A stretch of 64,000 nt of DNA from an uncultured cyanobacterium (GTDB lineage Bacteria > Cyanobacteriota > Cyanobacteriia > PCC-9006 > JAAUQQ01), in the NCBI GenBank assembly GCA_963718615.1, contig OY970368.1, forward strand, positions 5,280,001 through 5,344,000, written 5' to 3'. The number at the start of each line of letters is the position of its first letter. Positions within the stretch are counted from its first letter, which is position 1. The position numbers were made by a program, and so were the translations under genes. Positions 1 through 10,767 of this stretch are shown here, piece by piece. The notes beneath the pieces are model-generated. The model worked only from the letters and a program-made list of their open reading frames with translations, did no database searches and was not told the DNA's origin.

Positions 1-2664
1 GAGAGCTGGGGAACGGGAATGAAGTATCTCTTGTTTGAAGCTGACGGATTCAAGTCTGTCTTAGAAAGCAACGAGAACAACAATGTGACGGCTCGATCCA
101 TCACGATTCAACCCAAGCCCTATGTCAGAATTACTTCACCCAATGGAGGAAATCAGCTTACTGCTGGTTCCACATACTCAATCACATGGGCTGACAATAT
201 TAGTGAAAATGTCAGCATTGATCTGTACAAAGGTAGCACCAAAGTACAAACACTGTTTACTTCTACAGCCAGTGACGGTAGCGAATCCTGGACTGTGCCG
301 AGCAACCTAGTGGCGGGAAATGATTACAAGCTAAGAGTTTCCAGCATCAACAATAGTCAGCTTTTTGATGAAAGCGACAGTTTCTTTAGCATCACCCCTA
401 ACATTTATCCACCTGCTTTCGTTCAATTAGAAGTGACGGATGCATATGCGTCAGAAAGTTCTCTTAATCCTGGTGAGTTTAAATTTACAAGAACGGGAAA
501 TCTAAACAGTTACATAACGGTTAAGTATGGCCCAGTAGATGGTGATGCTCAAAACGGTACAGACTATAGTTTCTTGAATGGAACAATAACCTTTTTACCT
601 GGAGAGACAACCAAAATTCTGAAAGTATTTCCAATTGATGATTCAATCTTGGAATCTGAAGAGCTAATCAGTATAGCTCTTGAATCGGGAACAGGATACA
701 ATATAGACGAGACGAAAAAAGGCGGTACAGTCTTATTGATTGATAATGACTCTTCCTACACCCCTTGGACGGCTGTTGATTCAGGATTGAAGTCGTCTCA
801 GGGACGTGGTGCAGCATGGATAGATTATGACGGTGATGGAGATCTAGATCTGTTCTTGCCCAACTACAATTCATCTGATAGTAGTGAATCTTCTAAGCTA
901 TATAGGAATGATGGCGGAAAATTTACAGATACAAATTCAGCTATCGTGGCTATGTTTTCGGGAGAATCAGATTGGGGTGACTATGACAATGATGGAGATT
1001 TAGACTTGGTTCTTACTAGGTCTGGAACAACGAAGCTTTACCGTAATGACAGTGGATATCTCTTTGATACCTATATGAGCTTAGGCAGTTCTTGGGCAGG
1101 AGATGTTGCATGGGGAGACTATGACAATGACGGTGACTTAGATTTGGCGATCATTGGAGAGTCTAGCATCTCTCAGATTAGTGGTAAATGGGTTTACTCA
1201 GCATCTCTTTATAATAACAATAAAGGAACTTTTACTAAGGTTGATGCTCAGCTTGGACAGGCATCTTTTGGTTCTATCAACTGGGGAGATTATGACAACG
1301 ACAGAGATCTTGATCTACTGATTTCTGGATTTGATAGTGAATCAGAACAATACATTGCAAAAGTTTTCCGTAATGATAATGGAAGATTCACAAACATTAA
1401 TGCAAATTTAGTGCCTGTATATGGTGAATCAGCATGGGGAGACTACGATGGTGATGGAAACTTAGATATTCTGTTAACTGGTAGAACAGATAATACATGG
1501 TCTCAGCTAGACCAGAAGACATTGGTGTACAAAAATAATGGATTGGGTTCGTTCTCTAAAAGAATAGATAATCCCTCATATTCTGATGGTAATGGAGGCT
1601 GGGGGGATGTTAACAATGATGGATTACTAGACGTTCTCTTATCTGGTTCAAGTGGTGGAACGAGCAACGCAAGTGTTCAGCAAGGAACGAGTAGTGGCTT
1701 CACCTCATCTTCATTCTATAGTAGGCTTTTCGGGCAAGAAGCTATTTGGGGAGATTATGATAATGATGGTGATTTAGATGTTTTGGTTACAGGTACGATT
1801 GGTGACTACCAAGCTGGCACTGATGCCCAGGTTTCACTACTGTATCGAAATAATATCTCTCAAGGCAATTCAAAGCCTAGTACTCCTAGTAATCCGTCAT
1901 CTTTTGTTGTTGGAACAACAGTTGATCTCTCTTGGGGAAAGGCGGCAGATACTGTTACCCCCGTCAATGGCCTAACCTATAATCTCCGAATTGGAACGAC
2001 ACCGGGAGGTTCTGAGATTATGTCAGCAATGTCTACAGCTAATGGCAGCTTGCTAACAGCTAAAATAGGAAATGTAAATCACAATACGGCATGGATGCTT
2101 AAAGACCTTGAGCCTGGGCTTTACTACTGGAGTGTACAAGCTGTTGATGGAGCATTTAAAGGCTCTTCTTTTTCCGAAGAGCATATCTTTCGAATCAGTG
2201 GATATAGTACGACACCAATTGTAAAGTATAGCTTTACTTATTACTATGGCGGTCAGTTTGTAGATTCCAATTTGCCTGAAAATAAGGATATTGCTGACTG
2301 GTATATAGGCTCTGTATATGCTCCGAGAGGAAGCTTTAAACAAGGTCAGATTATTGATCCTAATCCTCTAAATAATGAGGTAGGAAAAAATGGTCGGTAT
2401 GTCTTCTGGGATGCTAGCGAACAAGGTGTTGGCACTTGGGACGATCTAGGCAAGGTTGAAGTCATAAGCTATTTCAATGGACAAAACCAAAAAGCTTATG
2501 TGCCAGAGGTTCAAGGAATCGGTCTAAACGGTTTGGGCAGCGAGTTTGGTTATCTTCGTAGGGGAGTTGATGTCAGTTACTTTGGTGGTGATTACTACGA
2601 AGCTTCGATCGGCGCAATAGGAATTGTTACCGCAACAGGTACAGTTCTGACTGACAGATCTTAA
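1..2664 (+). CDS. Large secreted/surface protein, 5'-truncated by the window edge: CARDB-like end, Ser/Thr-rich Ig-like domain, Calx-beta, FG-GAP repeats, FN3-like domain and an unassigned C-terminal domain
   Basis: Frame is open from base 1. Motifs seen: ESNENNN (CARDB end), ITSPNGG...ITW (Ser/Thr-rich Ig-like), DY...GTITFLPGET...PIDD (Calx-beta), about 7 WGDYDNDGDLDL repeats, and an FN3-like segment (LSW...YNLRIG...YYWSVQAVD). Confidence 0.85.
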   Translation, partial: ESWGTGMKYLLFEADGFKSVLESNENNNVTARSITIQPKPYVRITSPNGGNQLTAGSTYSITWADNISENVSIDLYKGSTKVQTLFTSTASDGSESWTVPSNLVAGNDYKLRVSSINNSQLFDESDSFFSITPNIYPPAFVQLEVTDAYASESSLNPGEFKFTRTGNLNSYITVKYGPVDGDAQNGTDYSFLNGTITFLPGETTKILKVFPIDDSILESEELISIALESGTGYNIDETKKGGTVLLIDNDSSYTPWTAVDSGLKSSQGRGAAWIDYDGDGDLDLFLPNYNSSDSSESSKLYRNDGGKFTDTNSAIVAMFSGESDWGDYDNDGDLDLVLTRSGTTKLYRNDSGYLFDTYMSLGSSWAGDVAWGDYDNDGDLDLAIIGESSISQISGKWVYSASLYNNNKGTFTKVDAQLGQASFGSINWGDYDNDRDLDLLISGFDSESEQYIAKVFRNDNGRFTNINANLVPVYGESAWGDYDGDGNLDILLTGRTDNTWSQLDQKTLVYKNNGLGSFSKRIDNPSYSDGNGGWGDVNNDGLLDVLLSGSSGGTSNASVQQGTSSGFTSSSFYSRLFGQEAIWGDYDNDGDLDVLVTGTIGDYQAGTDAQVSLLYRNNISQGNSKPSTPSNPSSFVVGTTVDLSWGKAADTVTPVNGLTYNLRIGTTPGGSEIMSAMSTANGSLLTAKIGNVNHNTAWMLKDLEPGLYYWSVQAVDGAFKGSSFSEEHIFRISGYSTTPIVKYSFTYYYGGQFVDSNLPENKDIADWYIGSVYAPRGSFKQGQIIDPNPLNNEVGKNGRYVFWDASEQGVGTWDDLGKVEVISYFNGQNQKAYVPEVQGIGLNGLGSEFGYLRRGVDVSYFGGDYYEASIGAIGIVTATGTVLTDRS

Positions 2665-2695
2665 CCTAGCTTGCTAGCGATCCCTCATTCTTAAA

Positions 2696-3298
2696 TTAGG
2701 GTGGTAGCAACTGGGTTAGGGACAGTATCAATCCCGGAAAGGCCAAAGGTGAAACTTGGTTGGGTTCTCTCAGGATGAGATGGCTCCTGTAACCCGTGGA
2801 CGTTGGGTCGCGGAAGATATGAAGCTGGCGATCGTTGAGATCGATCACCCAATAGTCAGCAATACCGGCCTGGGCATAGAGTTTGTCCTTGCTCTCCGTA
2901 TCGTATTTAATCGTTGAACCAGCAACTTCAATAACAAGGAGAACATCTTGAGGACGGGGATAATGGTCCGCGTAGTCTAGAATGGTACCTTGAACAATTG
3001 CCAAATCAGGCTCAGGTTCAGAAAAATCATCGAGATAAATGGGATCTTGAGTGCTCACAAACACAGGTTGGTCTGCCAGCAACGCTTCTAATCTGTTGCA
3101 TCCTAGACGAACCGCTAGGACATGGAGCGTTCCTTTTGCAACCATCAGTGTAATTTGTCCGGCAATCAGTTCTGTGTTTTCATCCGGTGTGAGGATGCCC
3201 AGCTCACTCATGCGGTGGTATTCCCGAACGGTCCAACGCTTGAGGACAGACGGGTCTGGGCTAAATGCAAAGAGGGGCAGCGGAGAGACGGTTGGCAT
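2696..3298 (-). CDS. Uma2 (DUF820) family endonuclease
   Basis: RWTVREYHRM, ELIAG, EPEPDLAIV, LVIEVA, KLYAQAGIADYWVIDL motifs. The start is taken at MPTVSP. Confidence 0.9.
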   Translation of the reverse strand: MPTVSPLPLFAFSPDPSVLKRWTVREYHRMSELGILTPDENTELIAGQITLMVAKGTLHVLAVRLGCNRLEALLADQPVFVSTQDPIYLDDFSEPEPDLAIVQGTILDYADHYPRPQDVLLVIEVAGSTIKYDTESKDKLYAQAGIADYWVIDLNDRQLHIFRDPTSTGYRSHLILREPNQVSPLAFPGLILSLTQLLPP

Positions 3299-3443
3299 GG
3301 CGATCGCCCTCAAACATCAACGAAATGACTGAACCTGAATAACCAAAACCTGAATAACCAACAATATCGAGCCTGGGGAAGACCTCCATTATAATCTGCC
3401 AGCCCCAGAGAATCCTCACGAGAGAAGCTAACTCGACGACGAC

Positions 3444-3746
3444 TCACAAAAGATGCCGAGTCAACAAGCTCATAACCTCTTCCGGCTGAACCGGAATGAT
3501 GAGCTGTTCATGGGGAATTGCAATCAGTGGGCTCCAATGAATCGTTTCCCCATACCGTAAGTGGTGCAGAAGGTGAATGGTCTGCCGCACAGCCGCAGGA
3601 CGGCCTAGCAAAATATGTCGCAGCCGATCGCCCTCCCGCAGGGAAACTTCAGCGCTAGTCCCCTCCGCACTAGTCCCGGCTTGCGCCATGGTTGCGGGTG
3701 AAGCGATCGCCCCTTCCTCATTCCCTCTAAAGCTCTGAATGGTCAT
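3444..3746 (-). CDS. Conserved cyanobacterial hypothetical protein
   Basis: The segment LRHILLGRPAAVRQTIHLLHHLRY...WSPL...EVMSLL resembles a recurrent cyanobacterial small-protein family. The start is uncertain (3803 or 3746). Confidence 0.6.
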   Translation of the reverse strand: MTIQSFRGNEEGAIASPATMAQAGTSAEGTSAEVSLREGDRLRHILLGRPAAVRQTIHLLHHLRYGETIHWSPLIAIPHEQLIIPVQPEEVMSLLTRHLL

Positions 3747-3815
3747 GGATTTCTCTGGATAGAATCTCCCCCTAGAATGACTGCCAGCCGGACAATCTGT
3801 CAATTTTATGTCTTT

Positions 3816-4325
3816 TTAGTTTGAAGTGGATGATCGGGGAGGTTGTGATCTCATCGTGAGAATTTGTTGCTGGGCAATCCGCTCCAAATGCTTAGCCGTT
3901 GACCGATCGGGCTCATACACCCCCGTCTCCCACTCACTCACGGTCTGTCGTCGCACCCCCAACTCTTGCGCAAATTTTGCCTGGGTTAAGCCCATGCTTT
4001 TGCGGAGGGCTTTAATGTTGGCTGAGTTCCAGGCGATCGCCCCGTCCTGGGGATGCACTAAATATTGCGCTTGAAACTGGCGGAATATGACGGTTTCCTG
4101 GTCTAAAGCGATGGATTCCACATGATAGCCCGCTTCGAGCCAAGCTCGGGCTTGCAAGGCGCGATCGCTACCCCGGTTGCTCCACCAAGCTCGCTGACGC
4201 CGCGCTGAGGTCGGCAGCGTATTGCCAAGGATTTGCTCAATCTCTGCGAAACGAAAGCTCACTGCCTCCTGCTCACAATGGTTGAGTTGTTCAAACAACG
4301 GGTAATATTTACTTCCGACCTTCAT
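3816..4325 (-). CDS. XRE-family HTH regulator with an N-terminal DUF7662-like domain
   Basis: N-terminal SKYYPL...FAEIEQILG.LP.SA...WWSN...QARAWLEAGY; C-terminal IKALRKSMGLTQAKFAQELGVRRQTVSEWETG. Confidence 0.85.
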   Translation of the reverse strand: MKVGSKYYPLFEQLNHCEQEAVSFRFAEIEQILGNTLPTSARRQRAWWSNRGSDRALQARAWLEAGYHVESIALDQETVIFRQFQAQYLVHPQDGAIAWNSANIKALRKSMGLTQAKFAQELGVRRQTVSEWETGVYEPDRSTAKHLERIAQQQILTMRSQPPRSSTSN

Positions 4326-4375
4326 GCATTACGCCCCTTGAGGCCATCGACATTTTTCTATCGGTTTGCGATCGC

Positions 4376-7177
4376 TTACTCGCTAACCAGCAACGCAACA
4401 GGAAATGTTCGTAAAGCATCGCGAAGCCATAACGTTTCTCCTGGTTCCAGCACCTGCCCTGTTATCAGATCTCGCCAGCCTTGAATGGCATCGTCACTCG
4501 GTGGCTGAATCCGGGTTTCATACCAAACTTGCTCTCCAAGGGGAAATTCTCCCGGCTTGACAAGTGAAGCGGTTAAACGGGGAGCGATGGCAATCAGGTG
4601 CTGGTCTCCCAATTCACGGCCAAAGGCAATTACATGTTGTTTTAAACTGCCCGCAACTGGAAGTTTTTGATAGCTCCCTCTCAAAAATAGCTCTCGATGG
4701 GATTGGCGTGCTTGCAGCAATTGATGAATCAGATAGAGCTTAATCCGGCCATCTGCGCAGGTTTGCAAGAGTCCATCCAATAACGCGATTGGATCTGACG
4801 CTGATTTTTCTCGCAAATCTTGCAACAATTGAAATCGTTTCTCGTAGTCTACTGGGCGACGATTGTCAGGATCAACCATACTCAAATCCCAGAGCTCAGT
4901 GCCTTGATAAATATCAGGAACTCCCGGTACAGTAAACTTTACTAAGGTTTGGGCAAGAGAATTCAAAATTCCATAGTGCTGTACTTTTTGAAAGAATGGC
5001 TTAAAAGACTGCAAAAACGGATTATCCTCGCGGTTTTCAAGCACGCGATCGGCAAATTGCAGAAATCCTTCCTCATATTCCGTATCTGGCTTTAGCCAAG
5101 CGGTATGAACCTTGGCTTCACGAATGGCCTTAATCAGATAATCTTTGACCCGTGCAACAACGCTGTCATGTTCGGCGGCGTCATAGGGATAGACGCCGAT
5201 CAGCGTTTGATAGAAAAAGTACTCATCATTGGCATCGGGGATGACTCGTTCTTCGTTAGAAAGGCTATGAATTGCGTTGAGCGATCGCCATTCAGATACA
5301 TTTTCTCGCCATTCGTCTGGAAGTTCTGAAAGTACGTTAATTCGCATCCGCATATCTTCACCACGTTTAGTATCGTGGGTTGCGGTAGCATTCATCGTGT
5401 GTGGCCAGTGGGCCGCACGGGTCTGAATAAAGTCATGGAACTGCTCGACGGTGATACCAAAATGGCAGGGAGAAGAGCCTACCTCATTGAGCGAAGTCAG
5501 TCGGTTATAGATATATAAAACCGTGTCCTCAACCCCCTTGGCCATCAGTGGTCCTGTAAACTGTTGCAGGCGCATGAGGAAGCGAAGCCATTGCTCTCGA
5601 TCTTCATCCGATAGAGATTCGTCGAATTTGAGTAACAGGAATTTTTCAATAAATGAGAGTTCGTTGAGAAAGTTTGGAATATTTTTCTTGGCCTGACGAA
5701 TCACTTGCTTAATACATTCTTGATCGGAACGACTCGCACCATCACGATTCGTATAGGTCCGATAGACTGGAAAGACTACTAAAATCTCAACTAAAGCAGC
5801 CTTAAGGCCGAATAGTGTGAAATCACTAGCATGCCGATAGCGTCCTGAAATCTGCTTCAGCATATGAGCAAGATTATCAATATCACCTGCTAGATATTTG
5901 CTGACAATCAGACGTTTTTTCTTGTCAATTAAAGCATTGCAAGATAAGGCCGTGCCAACGATTTCACGGTAGATAGAATCGAAGTTAGACTCGGCATCGC
6001 TATTGCATAAAACCCCGTTGATTTGATTCAGAAAATCATATCCGGTCGTCCCTTGAACGGACCATCCGAGGGGTAAATCTTCACCGGGCTCTAGGATTTT
6101 TTCCACGGTCAGATACGCATCTGGGGCATGTTCCCGTAAGCGCCAAACATAGGTTGTTGGATCGTACAGACCATCAATGTGATCAATTCGCAGCCCCGTA
6201 ATTTTACCCTCTTGCATTAACGAGAAAACCAGTTCATGAACCGTATCGAATACAGACTCTTCTTCAACACGAAGCGAAATTAGCTCGTTAACTGTAAAAA
6301 AACGTCGATAATTGAGTTCTTCATTGCCCACTTTCCAATAGGAGAGCCGGTAGAATTGCTCCTGGAGAATGTCACCCAATCGATTAAAACTTTCAGGGTG
6401 TCCTATTTCACCGTTCACCACCTTAAGATTGTCTTCAATGAATTGTTTGACCTCTGGAGAATCGTTCCATAGCTCCCATAACATACGCTTGATGAACGCA
6501 ATCTGATCGTAGCGTTCTCGCCCTTCTTCTTCCTGATCGGTGGAAATGTATTTAAGGGCGTATAAAGCCCCTAGTAATTTGATAAAATCAGGATTTTCTC
6601 GACCTAATCGTTTGCGGAGGCGATCGAGATCGTAGGTTAAAATGCGATAATAGGATTCAATACGAATTGGAAATTTGAGACTATAGTAGTTAATCGAAAA
6701 GCCTTCCTGACCATAGGCAAGCTGTAGCTCCCCAGACTCTAAACAATCGCCATAGAACTTACCCAAAAAAGGCGCGAGTACCCGTCCCCGAATATCCCCG
6801 TAGGGGTGATCCCAATCAATGTCAAAGAAGTCTCGATGCTCAGAATTGGGACCATTTTCAAGAACATCAATTAGGATCGGGTTTTGGCTATCAAAGGCCA
6901 TATGGTTGGGGACGATATCCTGTATCCAGCCAATGCCAAAACCTTGCAGGGTTTCGCTCAAGATTTCAAACTGAGAACGTCCTCCCAACTCTTCATTGAC
7001 CATCTTGGGATCAACCCCATCGTAACCATGGGTGCTGCCCTGGCGGGGCTTGAGGATGGGAGAGGCATAGATATCCGAAATCCCTAGCTGGCTGAGGTAA
7101 GGGGCGATCGCCTCAGCCGCTCTAAAATCAAAGTCAGGATTAAACTGAATGCGGTAAGTTGCGACGGGGATCTTCAT
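4376..7177 (-). CDS. treY: Malto-oligosyltrehalose synthase
   Basis: PVATYRIQF, GSTHGYD, DIVPNHM, LNYRRFF, GLRIDHIDGL, THDTKRGED and LSMVDPDNRRPVDY motifs. Confidence 0.97.
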   Translation of the reverse strand: MKIPVATYRIQFNPDFDFRAAEAIAPYLSQLGISDIYASPILKPRQGSTHGYDGVDPKMVNEELGGRSQFEILSETLQGFGIGWIQDIVPNHMAFDSQNPILIDVLENGPNSEHRDFFDIDWDHPYGDIRGRVLAPFLGKFYGDCLESGELQLAYGQEGFSINYYSLKFPIRIESYYRILTYDLDRLRKRLGRENPDFIKLLGALYALKYISTDQEEEGRERYDQIAFIKRMLWELWNDSPEVKQFIEDNLKVVNGEIGHPESFNRLGDILQEQFYRLSYWKVGNEELNYRRFFTVNELISLRVEEESVFDTVHELVFSLMQEGKITGLRIDHIDGLYDPTTYVWRLREHAPDAYLTVEKILEPGEDLPLGWSVQGTTGYDFLNQINGVLCNSDAESNFDSIYREIVGTALSCNALIDKKKRLIVSKYLAGDIDNLAHMLKQISGRYRHASDFTLFGLKAALVEILVVFPVYRTYTNRDGASRSDQECIKQVIRQAKKNIPNFLNELSFIEKFLLLKFDESLSDEDREQWLRFLMRLQQFTGPLMAKGVEDTVLYIYNRLTSLNEVGSSPCHFGITVEQFHDFIQTRAAHWPHTMNATATHDTKRGEDMRMRINVLSELPDEWRENVSEWRSLNAIHSLSNEERVIPDANDEYFFYQTLIGVYPYDAAEHDSVVARVKDYLIKAIREAKVHTAWLKPDTEYEEGFLQFADRVLENREDNPFLQSFKPFFQKVQHYGILNSLAQTLVKFTVPGVPDIYQGTELWDLSMVDPDNRRPVDYEKRFQLLQDLREKSASDPIALLDGLLQTCADGRIKLYLIHQLLQARQSHRELFLRGSYQKLPVAGSLKQHVIAFGRELGDQHLIAIAPRLTASLVKPGEFPLGEQVWYETRIQPPSDDAIQGWRDLITGQVLEPGETLWLRDALRTFPVALLVSE

Positions 7178-7255
7178 AGCTGTCGAATTAGAAGCTAAAC
7201 AATTCTCCAAGGCCATCTCAATCATCATTGTAGGTTGAACCGGTCAGAATGCCCT

Positions 7256-9166
7256 TCATGGGGATTGGGGCTGTGCCGTTGTGCTATAAACCACGACACT
7301 GCGAGGGGGCAGCTTGAGGCTTTGCTGGGTGACGGGACCCCCTCGGGTGATGGGAATGTGGGCCGGTGCATCGCTGCCGGGGCCGCCCCAGAGGGTATCC
7401 GCAGAATCTAGGATTAAATGCCAGGTACTTGGATGGAGGGAGAGGTGCAATTCGACCGGTTGCGGGTTAAAGTTAAAGCAGGCGAGGATTTCGGACTCGT
7501 GATTCCAACGACGCAGGCAAAGAATCTGCTCGGGCTCACGGGCAGTGGCTTCAGTACTGCGATGGTCCAAATGGACTAGGGCCGGATCAGTACGGCGCAA
7601 CGCCAGTAAATCGCGGTAGAAGCGCCACAATAAACGGTGCGAACCGGTTTGTTTCAGCGGCCAATTGAGCTTAGAGGCTTCAAAGGTCTGGAGCGCTTGG
7701 GGATCAGGGGCATCTCCTTCGCTATGAAAGGCGGCAAATTCAGTTTTGCGGCCCTGACGAACGGCTTCGATTAGTGCGGGATCGCTATGGCTAACGAAGT
7801 ATTGAAAGGGTGCGGTTTCCCCATATTCTTCGCCCATAAACAGCATGGGAACATAGGGGGATAGGAGCAATGCTGCCGCCGTAAGTTTCTGACTGGCAAA
7901 ATCGAGAAGATGGGAGAAGCGATCGCCTAGCATCCGATTGCCCACTTGGTCATGATTTTGAGCAAAAACTACAAACTGTTCAGAGTGACAATCCCGAGGC
8001 AAACTGCCATGAAAGCGCTTGCGATGTTTGGAGTAATCCCAGCCGTAGACAAAAACTTTTTCGTAGGCTTTGGCCAGTTGTCCGAGCCGACCAAAATCAG
8101 CATAGTAACCGTGGTTTTCCCCGGTTACGGCTGTATGCAGGGCATGGTGAAAATCATCACTCCATTGACCGTCTAAGCCATAACCCCCTAGGCTAGTAGG
8201 CCGTACAAGTCGAGGATCATTGAGATCACTTTCCGCAATCAAATAGCGCGGAAAACCCGAGAGCTTCGATGCCGCTTCGCCCATTTCCTGCAGAATATGC
8301 TTTGCCCCAAAATCGTAAATTGCATGAACGGCATCCAACCGTAAGCCATCAAGATGACAGGTCTCTAGCCAATAGAGCACATTTTGAACAAAATATTCTC
8401 GTACCCCATCGCTGTAGGCATCGTCATAGTTGACGGCGCTACCCCAAGGGGTTTTGTACTTGTCAGTGAAATAGGTACCTAAATGCCAAAGATAGTTACC
8501 CTCAGGACCTAGATGGTTATACACCACATCTAAGAGTACCGCCATCCCTTGCTGATGACAGGCATCAACAAGGGTTTTAAGGCCCTGTACACCGCCATAG
8601 GAGTTCTGGGTCGCAAAGGGAAAGGTGCCATCATAGCCCCAGTTGCGGTAGGCACAACCGGCCTTGGACTGATCGCCGGGAAACTGGGCGATCGGCATGA
8701 GTTCGATCGCCGTTATCCCCAGATCCAATAGCTCAGGCAAACGCGTAATAATTGCCTCAAATGTCCCTTCTGGTGTGAAGGTGGCCACATGGAGTTCGTA
8801 GATTACCGCCTCGGATAATTTGAGCCCCTCCCAAGGGTGATCGCCCCAAGCAAACTGATGATGATCGACGATTTGTGAAGGCCCATGAACGCCCTCGGGC
8901 TGGAAGTGAGAGGCGGGATCAGGAGAATCCTCGCCATCAAACTGAACATAGTAAAGGGTACCTGCTTCTACTGCTTCGACCGTGGCTTGCCAATAGCCCA
9001 TGTCACCGCGATCGAGGGGGATGAGGCGATCGTCTGTCCCATCGTCCAGAGGCAGAAGATGAACCGCAACGGTGTCCTTGAGGGGGGCCCAAACGGTAAA
9101 GGTGCAGCGGCGATCGCCGAGGTACTGAGCACCAATTTTCGGAGGTTTCATGGAATGGCCTTTCAT
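7256..9166 (-). CDS. treZ: Malto-oligosyltrehalose trehalohydrolase
   Basis: FTVWAP, IYELHV, NWGYDG, DVVYNHLGPEGNY, LRLDAVHAI and QNHDQVGNR motifs; directly upstream of treY. Confidence 0.97.
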   Translation of the reverse strand: MKGHSMKPPKIGAQYLGDRRCTFTVWAPLKDTVAVHLLPLDDGTDDRLIPLDRGDMGYWQATVEAVEAGTLYYVQFDGEDSPDPASHFQPEGVHGPSQIVDHHQFAWGDHPWEGLKLSEAVIYELHVATFTPEGTFEAIITRLPELLDLGITAIELMPIAQFPGDQSKAGCAYRNWGYDGTFPFATQNSYGGVQGLKTLVDACHQQGMAVLLDVVYNHLGPEGNYLWHLGTYFTDKYKTPWGSAVNYDDAYSDGVREYFVQNVLYWLETCHLDGLRLDAVHAIYDFGAKHILQEMGEAASKLSGFPRYLIAESDLNDPRLVRPTSLGGYGLDGQWSDDFHHALHTAVTGENHGYYADFGRLGQLAKAYEKVFVYGWDYSKHRKRFHGSLPRDCHSEQFVVFAQNHDQVGNRMLGDRFSHLLDFASQKLTAAALLLSPYVPMLFMGEEYGETAPFQYFVSHSDPALIEAVRQGRKTEFAAFHSEGDAPDPQALQTFEASKLNWPLKQTGSHRLLWRFYRDLLALRRTDPALVHLDHRSTEATAREPEQILCLRRWNHESEILACFNFNPQPVELHLSLHPSTWHLILDSADTLWGGPGSDAPAHIPITRGGPVTQQSLKLPPRSVVVYSTTAQPQSP

Positions 9167-9520
9167 GGGCGCTAGCGTGCAGCAAAGAATGCATCTTTCA
9201 AAGGATGTGCTCTACCGTAGAATAAACAATCTTTAGGAAGAAACCGACCCTCTTGGGATAGAGACCCGAAGAAAGAGATAGAGTACAGCTAGCGGGTACT
9301 CGGATTAGTCTAAAGGAAAGGCTGAAGCCATTGTAAATCCTTCAATCTAACTACAGATGAACTACAGACCCTCGAAACGTTTGGTTACAAATTGGCCGTC
9401 ATCACCTTGGCCGTCATCACCTAGCGCTCCGCCTGCGGAAAGATGTCAAGTGTAGGAGAATCAGAAAGGATAGGCGTAGGTTAATTGCTCTGCCCGTCGC
9501 CATTTGGTTAAGGATTTGTC

Positions 9521-9778
9521 ATAATTTCAACCGCACCCCGTACCGCAACGGATCGCCGTTTCTATCCCAGTCGCATTGATCTCAGTGCCGAGGTTCGTGC
9601 TCAGGTCATCAAGCACCTCAGCAAGACCCTCGCCACCACACTCGATTTAAAAACTCAGATCAAACAAGCCCACTGGAATGTGAAGGGGATGGATTTCTAT
9701 CAGCTTCATCTCCTCTTTGACGAGCTGGCGGGTGAAGCGGAAACGTTTGTTGATCAGGTTGCTGAGCGAAACCCATAA
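9521..9778 (+). pseudogene. dps: dps remnant (N-terminal half only; start codon ATA)
   Basis: Not in the ORF track. My translation is ...[72 protein letters not shown], with Dps signatures HWNVKG, LHLLFDE and DxxAER. AAGGA lies just upstream of the ATA at 9521. Confidence 0.92.
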
Positions 9779-10685
9779 AATTGCCATTGCTGCCAAAGCG
9801 GTGTTGCAAAAATTCGGTCAAAAGCTGCACCTTGGGGGATAGATGACGATTGACGGGGTAAAGGACGTAGAGGGTGAGCGATGACATTTCATACCCCGCT
9901 AAAACTCTGACCAGTTGTCCCGTTGCAACCTCTCCCCCAATGATAAATTCAGGTAACATGGCAATGCCTAAACCTTGTAACGCGGCGGCTTTAAGCACCT
10001 CCCCATTGTTAGAGCACAGCCGAGCCTGAATGGGAACGACAATGCTGTTTCCCTCACTCCTATCGCCGCTGCCTAAATGCCATTCATAGCGGTTTGCCAA
10101 GTGGCCATAATGTAGACATTGATGCGATCGCAACTCCTCTGGCGATTGCGGTAGACCCTGTCGCTGTATATAGTCAGGCGCAGCACAGAGCCAGATTTCG
10201 ATCGGGCCGATGGGGTGAATTACTAGGCTCGCAGCTTCTGGGAGCTGGGAGATTCGCACAAGCAAATCGTATCCTTCGGCCAGCGGATCGACCTGTCGAT
10301 CTTCCAGGGTTAGCTGTATTTGCAACGCGGGATATTGTTGCATAAAATCTGCGATCGCCGACCCCAAATACTGGGTTCCAAAGGTCATGGGTGCATTGAT
10401 GCGCAGTTGGCCTTGAGGTTCAGTCTGAAGCCGCGAAACGGCGAGTTCGGCTTCTTCTAAATCCGCTAAAATCTGCTTACAGCGAGTGTAAAACGTCAGT
10501 CCCGTAACCGTGGGAGTCACGCGACGGGTGCTGCGATGGAGCAGTTGTACCCCCAAGTCATTTTCTAGGGCAATGACCAGCTTGTTGACCGCTGAGCGAG
10601 ACAGCCCCATTTCCCGTGCCGCCGCTGCAAAGCCGTTGGCTTCGACCACTTGGGCAAAGGCTTGAAGGCTGGCGAACTTGTCCAT
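9660..10685 (-). CDS. LysR-family transcriptional regulator (CrgA-like) with an aberrant C-terminal tail
   Basis: [35 protein letters not shown]...[12 protein letters not shown] and a PKVQLL end. The last ~36 aa are read from the antisense strand of the dps remnant. Confidence 0.93.
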   Translation of the reverse strand: MDKFASLQAFAQVVEANGFAAAAREMGLSRSAVNKLVIALENDLGVQLLHRSTRRVTPTVTGLTFYTRCKQILADLEEAELAVSRLQTEPQGQLRINAPMTFGTQYLGSAIADFMQQYPALQIQLTLEDRQVDPLAEGYDLLVRISQLPEAASLVIHPIGPIEIWLCAAPDYIQRQGLPQSPEELRSHQCLHYGHLANRYEWHLGSGDRSEGNSIVVPIQARLCSNNGEVLKAAALQGLGIAMLPEFIIGGEVATGQLVRVLAGYEMSSLTLYVLYPVNRHLSPKVQLLTEFLQHRFGSNGNFMGFAQQPDQQTFPLHPPARQRGDEADRNPSPSHSSGLV

Positions 10686-10767
10686 CGGCGGGTGGGGGTA
10701 AGTGGGTTGATGAGGGGATTGAGTTGGGTTGAGGGGATTGAGGGGGGTGAGGGAGAAGCAGTCAGAG

